The position numbers were made by a program, and so were the translations under genes. Under the pieces are notes generated by a model. That model was given only the letters and a program-made list of their open reading frames with translations. It was not told the DNA's origin and searched no databases. This document shows, piece by piece, positions 51,239 through 62,852 of a DNA stretch of 64,000 bases; position 1 is the first letter of the stretch; every line of letters begins with the position of its first letter. This stretch comes from Mobula hypostoma (lineage: Eukaryota). The stretch covers positions 246,204,001-246,268,000 of the forward strand of contig NC_086097.1 in the NCBI RefSeq assembly GCF_963921235.1. Reading direction: 5' to 3'.

Positions 51239-52168
51239 AAACAGAATCCTGTACCACTGTGAGGGAGTGCTGCGTTATCAGAGCTGTCAACATGAGGCTT
51301 TCCGTGAGGAAGGCCCATTTGTTTCCCATTATCTCGCATACATGTTGCCTTTAATGAACTCTGAAACAAGTCCATATAAACTTTATTGGACCATCTGTCC
51401 TGAAAGCCTTCTCTTTCCCTTTGCTTCTCCCCTTTGTTTTGACTTTATTTGGTATCTTTGCTTCCCAATCACCTTGTCTAGTTTTGTTTCCCTTTCAGTT
51501 TCTTCAGCATGCGTCGGTCGTGACCTCTGTAGACAGACAGAAGTTATGCAGAAGGAAGTAAATGAGACCCAGACTTGTGTCAGAGTCCAACCACCCAGAC
51601 TATATGGTATCTCAAAAAGTCTAAAAGCTGTGTCTGTGTGACTAAATTCTGAATTAGATTTGAATAATAAGATTTCTTTTAAATCAAAAACTAAATGACT
51701 GTACTTTCAAATGAAGTGGAGGGACTTTCCCTTTTCTAAAGGAACCGATTCATGGTTGAAACACTCATGTAGTTACCACATGAAAGTCCTTGACATATGC
51801 ACTTGGAAAGCGAGTGTTACTAATTTGGCAATGTGTGAAATCACCTACAAGTTGCTGAGTTAGTGCAGTTTTGTGCTGTGTGCCCAGCTTTATTTAGAAA
51901 CTAATTCGGACTTTATTTCATAGAAGGGGCATGAAAAAAGAACAGATAGGTACACTTTAATCCCATGGTTTTGCTGTGTGTTACAAGTAAATTTCAAAGT
52001 ACATAAATGTCACCCTATACTACCCTGAGATTTATTTTTTGCAGGCATTTACATGAAATTAGAGAAATACAATAGAATTATTGAAAAGCTATACATAAAA
52101 AGATAAACAACCAATGTGCAAAAGAAGGCAACTGGTGCAAATAAAAAATAAGCAATACTGAGAAGATT

Positions 52169-52415
52169 GGGGTGGCAGGGTAGTACAATATTTTACAGTA
52201 GAGGCAAACTGGGCTCAATTCCTACTGCTGTCTGTAAGGAGTTTGCACGTTCTCCCTGTGACCGCGTGAGTTCCCTCCCACAGTTCGAAGACGTACGAGG
52301 TGGTAAATTAATTGGTCATTGTAAATTGCGCTGTGATTAGGTTAGGGTTAAAATCAGGGGATTGCCTAGGGGTGTCGCTCGAAGGGCCGATTCTGTGGTG
52401 TGTCTCAATAAATAA
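52169..52415 (+). mobile_element. V-SINE (HE1/HER1-like)
   Basis: tRNA-like head, V-domain gtaaggagtttgcacgttctccctgtgaccgcgtg...ctcccacag, CR1-like tail cgaagggccg...tctcaataaataaa. Confidence 0.7.
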
Positions 52416-52597
52416 AAAATGAGTTGTAGAGTCTATTAAATGGGTTTGAGGAATCAGTTTAGAGTTGAGATGAGTGAAGTTATCCATGCTGGTTAGGAGC
52501 CTGATGGTTGAAAGGTATTAACTGTTCCTGAATCTGGTGGTGTGGGATCCAAGGCTCCTGGACTGTGGTGGTAGTGAGAAGAGGGAATGGCCCAATT

Positions 52598-53295
52598 ATT
52601 TTAGATTATTTTTAGATTATGAGAACATTCAGTCCTCTTTTATTGTCATTTAGAAATGCATTCATGCATTAAGAAATGATACAATGTTTCTCCGGAGTGA
52701 TACCACAGAAAACAGGACAAACCAAAGACTAACACTGACAGAACCACATAATTATAACATTTTGTTTCAGCAGTGCAAAGCAATACTATAATTTGATGAA
52801 GAACAAACCATGGGCACAGTAAAAAAAGTCTCGAAAGACCCCGAGTCGATCAACTCCCTGAGTCCCCGACAGCAGGTGGCAAAACGGAGAAACTCCCTGC
52901 CATAAACCTCCAGGCACCGTCAACTTGCCGATGCCTTGGAAGCAGCCAACCACAGCCGACACTGAGTCCATCCGTCTGAAAACTTCGAGCCTCTGACCAG
53001 CCCCTCCGATACAGCCTCCCGCGCGCCATTGTCTGCCGAGCGCCTTCGACTTCGCCCCGGCCGCTGAAACAAGCAAAGCCGAGGATTTCGGGGGCTTCTG
53101 CTCCGGAGATTCCGGTTACCACACAGTAGCAGCAGCAGCGAAGCGGGCATTTCAGAAGTTTTCCAGACGTTCTTCCGTACTCTCATATTTGTCTCCATCA
53201 AATCAGGATTGTGCACGGTCCCCTACTTGACAGATAACAGATATTCATCACCGGAAAGGCTGCCCGCGCTGCCGTCGCGCCATCTTCTCCACCTC
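52598..53295 (-). mobile_element. Non-autonomous LINE-derived retroposon, CpG-rich 5' end
   Basis: Minus strand begins gtggagaagatggcgcgacgg (YY1-like) and ends aataaaagaggactg...(ataatctaaa)n; no RT coding. Confidence 0.55.
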
Positions 53296-53299
53296 CACT

Positions 53300-53460
53300 C
53301 ACGTTACCAATTAACCTACTAACCAATACACCTTTGGACTGTGGGAAGAAACCCACATGGTCACGGGGAGAATGTACAAACTCCTTACAGACTGCGGCGG
53401 GTATTGGACCCGAGTCGCTGGCACTGTAATAGTATTATGCTAACTAGTACACTACTGTGC
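53300..53460 (-). mobile_element. V-SINE fragment
   Basis: Minus strand reads gtctgtaaggagtttgtacattctccccgtgaccatgtgggtttcttcccacagtccaaagg. Confidence 0.65.
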
Positions 53461-54225
53461 CAACCCCACCCATCCTGAGATTCATTTTCTTACAAGCGTT
53501 TACAGGGAAATAAAGAATGAATGCAGAAATATACATAAACAAGAACTGACAACAACCGATGTGCAAAAGACGAGAAATAGTGCAAAATAAATAAGTTCTA
53601 TAGATCAATAGGTAAATGAGGCTGCGACCAAAGCATGCGACATGGAGACGGGGCATGGGCCCACGATAGACTCCATCTCTCGCCGAGGAAGATTGAAGTC
53701 ATCGAAGGAGAACGAGTGGTTCAGTGCCGTATACCAAGTACTTGCTCACTGCCACCAGAGAAGGCGTCTACGCATTGCTGCTGCCGAGGGAGGGTCCTTG
53801 CGGTCGAGTGATCTCTCTCTCTCTCTCGATGCTGTCGGCGGATGGGGCCAGAGAAAAGTTTAATCGATACAGATTGAAAATTTGGACTCAAATTCCGTTT
53901 TTGTGTGTTCTAGTTTCTAGTTCTGGTCGCTCTTTTTTTGTTACAACTGTTGGGCAATTTTTGAATTGGGTGGCCTATAGATAATGAGCACTGAGCTGAA
54001 CTGTATTGAAATAAGCATTTTTGATTTTGTGTTTTATATCCTGTGTTCTTTGATCTTTTTTTTTAGCATGGGGGGAGGGAGGGTTTGATGTTTAAGGCTT
54101 TTCATGGGGGGGGGCAGGGAGGTTGGTTCCATTGTTCTATGTTTCGTGACCGTCTGTGGAGAAGACGAATCCTAGGGTTGTATACTGCATATATATACTT
54201 TGATAATAAATGTACTTTAAATATA

Positions 54226-54506
54226 TAGGGATCCGTTAGTCTCATGAGACCATGGATTTGCACCTTGGAAGGTTTCCAGGGTTGTATGGAAGACCAGTAG
54301 TTGCCCATGCTGCAAGTCTCCCCTCTCCATGCCACCGATGTTGTCCAAGGGAAGGGCATTAGGACCCATACAGCTTGGCACCAGTGTCGTCACAGAGCAA
54401 TGAGTGGTTAGGTGCCTTGCTCAAGGCCGCCACACACTGCCTCAGCCAAGGCTCGAACTAGCGACCTTCAGATCACTACATGAACGCCTTAACCACTTGG
54501 CCACGC
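54226..54506 (-). mobile_element. tRNA-derived SINE with family-A 3' tail
   Basis: Head GCGTGGCCAAGTGGTTAAGGCG (A box) and AGTTCGAGCC (B box), CORE-like ccttgagcaaggcacctaacc, and a tail matching 12332-12505. Confidence 0.8.
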
Positions 54507-55011
54507 AGACGAACAGATAAATAGATAACACTGACAACATGAGTTGTCGAGTCGTTGAAAGTGAGTAAGTATTGTGGAATCAGTTCGGTGCTGAGGTGAG
54601 TGAAGTTATCCACGCCGGTCAGGAGCCGATAGTTGCAGGGTAACAACTGTTCCAGAACCTGGTGGAACAGAGCCAGATGAAAGAACCACATGTAACTATA
54701 AGCCCCCAGGATTACTGTGTCTTAGGTGGAAAATAACATCAAAGATTTTATCCATTGTTAAGAATAGAACAGTTTATGGCAAGTAAGATGAAAAAAGCTC
54801 TCTTTTTAATGTACAACAGAAAGTCAGCTTTGGAGTGATCTTTTGACTTCTGTCTTTCAATACGATCACAGTTCCTATATGATCTTTCATTTCATGTTTC
54901 CAATAAACATTTATATGGCTTTAATTTCCTCTGTGCACACAAATTCCCAGCTGAATTACATTAATCCTTTACTTAACCCATTATCAACTGTGTTTAAATC
55001 GTACAAAATTA

Positions 55012-55395
55012 TCCTCCTTCGAGGACCGTCACCTTGTTGTGATGAAGAGGCTCATGAGCTCCTGACAGTGAGGCCGTCTGGAGCTTGGTTCCTGGTAGGG
55101 TCACCCACGGTGGTAAGGTCAAGGGGGAGGTTCCACACAACGAGCGATCTAACCAAGACCTTAACAGCGGAGCTGTCGGAAGATGATGACACATCACAAC
55201 GGCAGTGAGGGTGGAGGAAGGCTGCAGCAGTGAAGGGCCGCCAGTCGTCTTGCATTCCATATCACTGGACCCTGACCCTGACCTGTCACAGACTGTGTGG
55301 TGGCTACCCATGCAGCAGCCTCCTCCCGTTAACCAAAGTTCTGTGCAGGAGAACATCAGACTTGACTCGTGTGATAGTACTACGACTAGGCCACA
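55012..55395 (+). mobile_element. RTE/Expander-type 5'-UTR-derived repeat (family C)
   Basis: Homologous to 50850-51238 in the opposite orientation. Confidence 0.6.
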
Positions 55396-57526
55396 ATGAA
55401 GGTGGCCTAGATTCAGCTGTGTGGGACTCTGCCCACTTGCAGTCTGGATATTCCTCTGCCATATGTTGACCTGGTCTGAGTGACCATATAGGGTAGAAGC
55501 TGCTGGCTGAGTGTCCTGTACGTAACTGGCGAGACCCTGTGTAGTTCCATCCTTTGCAGAGGTTACATGATCATATCGGTGTCCCGAAGGGGCCCTCCCA
55601 GTGAAGCTGCTGAGGAAACTTCTGTAACTTAGGACTTTTGGGAGTCCTAAAATATTCAATAACTATGTAAGGTGGAATAATCAAGATGTACACGTGATCA
55701 GCTTTTAAAAACAAAATCCCCAGAAAACCCATGAAAATCGTCCATTTACAAACAGAGTCAGAATCAGGTTTATTACCACTGGCGCATGTCCTAAAATCTG
55801 TTGTTTGGAGCAGCGGTACAATGCAACACATAAAAAATTACAGCAAGTTATAAGAAGAAATATTTAAAAATATAAACAAGTGGTGCAAAAAGAGAATGAA
55901 ATAGTGAGGTGCTATTCATGGGTTCATGGACCTTTCAGAAATAAGACCACAAGAATTAGGCTGTTCGGCCCATTTCATTATGGCTGATCCATTTCTCTCT
56001 CAACCCCAAACTCCTGCCTTCTCCCCATATCCCTTCATGCCCTGTCTAATCAAGAATGTATCAAACTCTAACAGCAAAGGAGAAGAAGCTGTTCCCAAAA
56101 AAAGAGTGTGTCTTCAGGCTCCCGTACCTCCTTCCCCAATGGTATCTGTGAGAAGAGGGCATGTCCTGGATGCTGAGGGTCCTTAATGATGGATGCTGCC
56201 CTCTTGAAGTATCACTTATTCAATATGTCCATGATGTTTGGGGAGGCTGGTGCCCATGATGGAGCTGACTGAGTTTACACTCTCTGCAGCTTTTTCTGAT
56301 CCTGTGCAGTGACCCCTCCGCACCAGATGGTCATGCGAACAGTCAGAATGTACTCCTGCTTGTAATTACGTTTGTGAGGAAGTAGAGTGTGATTGATTAC
56401 TGTTAACATAAATAAATAAAAAATGTACAGTAACTTACCCTTTTTCCGACTGTTTTCTTCACAACTATAAAGTTCCCCTCATAAGTATTCTGTGCCAAGT
56501 TTGGCCCGGTGTAGGACTCACAAAGACATAGCCCAGCGGAGGACCTAGAGAACCCTGCAGGTCTGTGTTCCAAACAGGGTCCAGCATCAGACATACTGAT
56601 GGCAAATTAGGAATTCTCATTTCTAGTCACAAGAGATTCTGCAGATGCCGGAATTCCAGAGCAACACACACAAGACGCTGGAGGAACTCAGCAGGCCAGG
56701 CTGAGAGGTATGGAATCAGAATGGCCGGCAAATGTTGTGAAATTTGTTGTCTTTGTGGCAGCAGTACAAGGCAAATTAAAAGAAAGTAGTGAGGTAGTGT
56801 TCACGGGTTCAATGTCCATTCAGAAATCAGATGGCAGAGGGGAAGAAGCTGTTCCTGAATCATTGGGTGTGTGTCTTCAGACTTCTGTACCTCCTTACTG
56901 ATGATACCAATGAGAACAAGGCATGACCTGGGCGATGGAGGCCCTTAATGATGGACACCACCTTTTGGAGGCATCGCTCCTTGAAGATATCCTGGATACT
57001 ACAGAGGCTGGTGCCAATGATGGAGCTAACTAAGTTTACAGCTCGCTGCAGGAATAAACCATTGACGTTCCAGGCCGAGACCCTTCATCAAGATTAGAAA
57101 GGAAGAGGGGCAGGGGCCAGAACAAGAGGGAGGGGAGAAGGGAAGGAGTACAAACCGGCAGACCAGGTGAGGCGGGAAGGTGGATGGGTGCAGGATGGGG
57201 TCTCACCTGCAAGCTTATATTCCTTCCCCTCTACCCCCACTAACATTCTTATTCTGCCTTCTGCTCACTTTCCAGTCCTATAGAAGGTTGTGGCTTGAAA
57301 TATTGACTGTTAATTCCTGTCCATTGATGCTGTCCAACCTGCTGAGTTCAATATTTATGCATGTATCAGACTTGTATGAAAGTTTTTCACTAAACTACTG
57401 TGTTTCTGATCTACAACCAGACATCACTTAAACAAACCTTGATTTGAAAAATCTCTTCCATATTTGAAGTCTCATTGTTTTACCCCTGTCAATTTGTGTA
57501 ATTTCTTTACGTTCAAAGTTGAAAAT

Positions 57527-59115
57527 TTCAAAGAAAAACGGAAAAAGACCTTGGCAATTGTGGGGATGACTTAAAGCAGACTAAAACGATTGAGCATATG
57601 GACATTAAGAAAGAGAATGTGCTGGAGCTTTTGTAAAGCATGAAGTTAGTTAGGTCACCAGGACTGGATGAGGTATACCCCAGGCTACTGTGGGAAGTGA
57701 GGGAGGAGATTACTGAGCCTTTTGCAATGCTCTTTGTGTCATCAATAGGGACGGGAGAAGTACTGGAGGATTTGAGGGCTGCAAATGTTGTTCCCTTGTT
57801 CAAGAAAGTGAGTAGAGATAACCCAGGAAATTATAGACCAGTGAGTCTGACTTCAGTGGTAGGCAAGTTGTTGGAGAAGATCCTGAGAGGCAGGATTTAT
57901 GAGCATTTGGAGAGACATAAACTGATTTGGGATAGTCAGCATGGCTTTATCAAGGGCAAGTTGTGCCTTACAAGCCTGATTGAATTCTTTGAGGATGTAA
58001 CAAAACATGTTGATGAAGATAGAGCAGTGGATGTAGTGTATATGGATTTCAGTAAGGCATTTGATAAGGTTCTCCATGCAAGGCTCCTTCAGAAAGTAAG
58101 GAGGCATGGGATTCAAGGAGACCTTGCTTTGTGGATCCAGAATTGGCTTGCCAACAGAAGGCAAAGGGTGGTTGTAGATGGTTTGTATTCTACATGGAGG
58201 TCAGTGACCAGTGGTGATCCACAGGGATCTGCTCTAGGACGCCTCCTCATTGTGATTTTTATAAATGACCTGGATGAGGAAGTAGAAGGGTGGGTTAGTA
58301 AGTTTGCTGATGACACAAAGGTTGGGGGTGTTGTGGATAGTCTGGAGGGTTGTCAGAGGTTAAAGTGGGTCATCAATAGAATGCAGAACTGGGCTGAGAA
58401 GGGGCAGATGGACTTCAACCCAGTTAAGTGTGCAGTGGTTCATTTTGGTAGGTCCAATTTGAAGACAGAATATAATATAAATGGCAGTGTGGAGGATCAG
58501 AGAGATCTTGGGGTCTGTGTCAATAGGACACTTAAAACTGCCGCACAGGTTGACAGTGTTGTTAAGAAGGTTAAGAGCATATCTTATGAGAATAGGTTGA
58601 GTTCCAAACAGAGTCCAGCATCAGACCATACTGATGGCAAATTAGGATTTCTCATTTCTAATCACAAGAGATTCTGCAGATGCTGGAAATCCAGAGGTTG
58701 AGTGAATTCGGTCTTTTCTCCTTGGAGCAATGGAGGATGAGAGGTGACCTAATAGAGGTGTATAAGATGATGAGGGGTATTGATTGTGTGGATAGCTAGA
58801 GGCTTTTTCCCAGGGCAGAAATGGCTAACACGAGAGGGCATAGTTTTAAAGCGCTTGGAAATCGGTACTGAGGGGTTATCAGGGGTAATTTTTTCACACA
58901 GAGAGTGGTGGGTGTGTGAAATGCACTGCCGGCGGTGGTGGTGGAAGTGGATACAACAGGGTCTTTTAAGAGCCTCTACGATGGGAACATGGAGCTTAGA
59001 AAAATAGAGGGCTATGCGCTAGGGATATTCTAGGCAGTAGCTAGAGTAGGTTACATGGTTGGCACAACATTGTGGGCCGAAGGGCCTGTAATGTGCTATA
59101 GATTTTCTATGTTTC
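57527..59115 (+). mobile_element. CR1 LINE (same subfamily as 13880-15900) with internal deletion and foreign insert
   Basis: ORF 57640-58701 has RT motifs (YMDFSKAFDK, SKFADDTK). It jumps from VVKK to SISYENRL and carries an insert at 58601-58696. Confidence 0.9.
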
Positions 59116-59811
59116 ATTTATTATCAAAATATATGTACTATACACAACATTGAGATTCATCTCTTGCAGGCAGCCACCGGAAAACAAAAAAATACAGTGG
59201 AATCTACGAAAAACCATACCTAATAAAGACCAATAAATATCCAATGTGCAAGATAAATTGCACAAATAATAAAGTTCAAAGTCCAAAATAAATTTACTAA
59301 GAGTACATACATGTCACCATATACTACCCTGAGATTTATTTTCTTGTGGGCATACTCAGCCGATCCATTATAGTATAATAACCATAACAGAATCAATAAA
59401 AGACTGTCCAACTTAGGAGTTCAACCAGTGTGCAAAAGAAAACAAATGCAAAAAGGGAACACGAATGAGAGCATCCTGACTGGCTGCATCACTGCCTGGT
59501 ATGGGAACTGTATCTCCCTCAATCACAGGACTGTGCAGAGAGTGGTGCGGGCAGCCCAGTGCATCTGTAGATGTGAACTTCCCATTATTCATGACATTTA
59601 CAAAGACAGGTGTGTAAAAAGGGACCGTAGGATTATTGGGGACCCGAATCACCCCAACCACAATCTATTCCAGCTGCTACCATCCGGGAAATGGTACCGC
59701 AGCATAAAAGCCAGGACTAACAGGCTCCGGGACAGCTTCTTTCACCAGGCCATCAGACTGATGAACTCACACTGATTTGAGTGTACTCTATATTACATTG
59801 ACTGTACTATT

Positions 59812-60990
59812 CAGAATCAGAATCAGGTTTATTATCACTGGCATGTGACGTGAAATTTGTTAACTTAGCACCAGCAGTTCAATACAATACATAATCTAGC
59901 AGAGAGAGAAAAAAATAATAGTAATAATAATAAATACAATGAAACATAATAATAAATAAACAAGTAAATCAGTTACGTATATTGAATAGATTATTAAGAA
60001 ATGTGCAAAAACAGAAATACTGTATATTAAAATAAGTGAGGTAGTGTCCAAAGCTTCAAAGTCCATTTAGGAATCGGATGGCAGAGGGGAAGAAGCTGTT
60101 CCTGAATCACTGAGTGTGTGCCTTCAGGCTTCTGTACCTTCTGCAGCTTCTTTCGGTCCTGTGCAGTAGTCCCTCCATACCAGACAGTGATGCAGCCTGT
60201 CAGAATGCTCTCCCCGGTACAATTATAGAAGTTTTTGAGCGTATTTGTTGACATGCCAAATTGCTTCAAACTCCTAATAAAGTATAGCCACTGTCTTGCC
60301 TTCTTTATAACTACATTGATATGTTGGGACCAGGTTAGATCCTCAGAGATCTTGACACCCAGGAATGTGAAGCTGCTCACTCTCTCCACTTTTGATCCCT
60401 CTATGAGGATTGGTATGTGTTCCTTTGTCTTACCCTTCCTGAAGTCCACAATCAGCTCTTTTGTCTTACTGACGTTGAGTGCCAGGTTGTTGCTGCGGCA
60501 CCATTCCACTAGTTGGCATATCTCACTCCTGTACACCCTCTCATCACCACCTGAGATTCTACCAACAATAGTTGTATTGTCAGCAAATTTATAGATGGCA
60601 TTTGAGCTATGCCTAGCCACACAGTCATGCATATACAGACCGTAGAGCAGTGGACTAAGCACACACCCCTGAGGTGCACCAGTGTTGATCGTCAGCGAAG
60701 AGGATATGTTATCACCAATCCGCACAGACTGTGGTCTTCCAGTTAGGGAGTCGAGGATCGAGTTACAAGGTGAGGTACAGAGGCCCAGGTTCTGCAACTT
60801 CTCAATCAGGATTGTGGGAATGATGGTATTAAATGCTGAGCTATAGTCGACGAACAGCATCCTGACGTAGGTGTTTGTGTTGTCTAGGTGGTCTAAAGCC
60901 GTGTGAAGAGCCATGGAGATTGCATCTGCCGTTGACCTATTGTGACGATAGGCAAATTGCAATGGGTCCAGGTCCTTGCTGAGGACCTTC
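59812..60990 (-). mobile_element. Rex1/Babar-like LINE 3' part, inserted into the tail of a plus-strand Rex1 fragment (59455-59810, 60991-61098)
   Basis: ORF 60027-60992: [36 protein letters not shown]; tail aataaacctgattctgattctga. Confidence 0.9.
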
Positions 60991-61611
60991 ATTTATTATA
61001 AATTACTGTGACTGCACATCGCACATTTAGACAGAGATGTAACATGAAGATTTTTACTCCTCATGTACGTGAAGGATGTAAGAAATGAAGTCAATTCAAA
61101 GAAAGAAATAATAATAATAAGTAAATAAGCAATAAATATTGAGACCATGAGAGACAAATAGTATAAGAAACACGAGCTGCAAAGTTTCTGAAAGTGAGTC
61201 CACAAACCATGGAGTCAGTTCAGCTCTGAGGCGAGTGATGCTTGTTCAGGAGCCCAAAGGCTGCAGGGCAACAACTGTTCCAGCATGGGACCCAAGACTC
61301 CTGCATTTCCCACCTGATGGGAGCAGCAAGAAGACAGGGAGATGAGCCATATGCAGGCAGATGGTACGGGCTCAGATAGGGGATCATGACTGGTACAGAG
61401 TAGTGGGGCTGAACACCAAGTTGTTTTCCACACTTGGGGCCACACGCTTGAATCTGGCTTTAAGTCCGCCCTAGCCGTCTCTTCTGCCCTATCTCCCAGT
61501 GATGGCCAACCTTCGCCAGCTACTTAAGGCATTTAAACTTCTGATTATCATTGCTGAATTGTTAGTTGTGTCTTCAGCTGTTAAGAGTCTGAAACTTGGG
61601 ACACATTGGAA

Positions 61612-61985
61612 TCTTACAAAAACATTAAAATTATGAAAGGGATAGCTAAGATAGAGACAGGACAGTTGGTTCCACTGGTAGGTGAGACTAGAACTAGGGG
61701 ACATAGCCTCAAGATTCGGGGGGTAGATTTAGGATGAAGATAAGGAAGAACTAGTTTTCCCAGAGAGTGGTGAATCTGTGGAATTCTTTGCCTAATGAAG
61801 CAGTGGAGGCTACCTGAGTAAATATATTTAAGACAAGGTTGGATAGATTTTTGCACAGTGGGGGAATTAAGGGCTATGGAGAAAAGGCAGAAGATGGAGA
61901 TGATTTTAGCCATGACCTTATTGAATGGTGGAGCAGGCTCGATGGGCCACATGGCCTACTCGTGCTCCTATTTCTCATGTTCTTA
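61612..61985 (+). mobile_element. CR1 LINE 3' fragment
   Basis: RTRGHSLKI and QRVVNLWNSLP motifs plus CR1 3' UTR. Confidence 0.8.
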
Positions 61986-62127
61986 TCTTCTCCCAATTCT
62001 CGAGTTAAATTTAGGACTGCAGTGAATAAAAGGAAGCCAAGCTAACTTGGGCAGAAGGTATCAGTGGAAGAGTTAATATCCTGTGGCAAATACACAGAGC
62101 AAGCAAGCCATGACAAAAAATTGCCTG

Positions 62128-62345
62128 CTCTTCGAGCAACTCCACTCCAGCCAACACAAGCAGGACTTCCCGGTGGCCAAATATTTTAATTCCAATTCCT
62201 ACTCCCGTTCCGATGAATCGGTCCATGGCCTCCCCTTGTGCCAAGGTGAGGCCACCTTCAGTGTGGAGGAGCAACATCTCATATTCCAGCTGAGTACCCT
62301 CCAACCTGATGGCATGGATATTGGTTTCTCCCTCCAGCAAACAAA
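62128..62345 (+). mobile_element. Penelope-like GIY-YIG endonuclease fragment
   Basis: FEQLHS...FPVAKYFNS...VEEQHLIFQLSTLQPDGMDI, homologous to 3595-3680. Confidence 0.75.
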
Positions 62346-62779
62346 TTCCTCCTGCTTCTTCCTCACCCAGAGAGTGGTGGATATGTGGAATGCTCTGCCC
62401 CAGAAGGCTGTGGAGGCCAAGTCTCTGCATGCTTTCAAGAAAGGGATGGATAGAGCTCTTAAAGATAGCGGAATCAAAGGTTATGGGGATAAGGCAGGAA
62501 CTGGATACTGATTGTGGATGATCAGCCATGATCAGAGTGAATGGCGGTGCTGGCTCAAAGGGCCGAATGGCCTACTCCTGCACCTATTGTCTATTGTCCT
62601 CTATTCCCCATTCTGACCTCCCTTCCCTTTTACCCCAACCATGATTCCCCTCTCCCTGCCCCCTTCCCACTCGCAGCCCACAAAAGGCACCCATATCAGA
62701 ATCAGGTTTATCATCACTCACACATGTCATGATTTTTTTTTGCAGTAAGAGCAGTACAGTGGAATACATAAGAGTACTA

Positions 62780-62852
62780 CAGGACTGTGCAAAAGACTTA
62801 GGTCTCCCTCGCTATACAGTATATATGTGCCCAAGACCTTTGCACAGTACTG
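62780..62852. mobile_element. Tc1/mariner-type micro-MITE
   Basis: TA-caggactgtgcaaaagacttagg...cccaagacctttgcacagtactg-TA. Confidence 0.75.

Noticed and set aside
54430..54506. tRNA gene
   Set aside because: Only A/B boxes are present, there is no complete cloverleaf, and it continues into SINE body and tail.
55009..55659. 216-aa minus-strand ORF
   Set aside because: More than half is antisense family C repeat, with no recognisable domain or splice support.
57640..58701. 353-aa ORF as an RT fused to a new domain
   Set aside because: The C-terminal extension is translation through a deletion and the templated insert.
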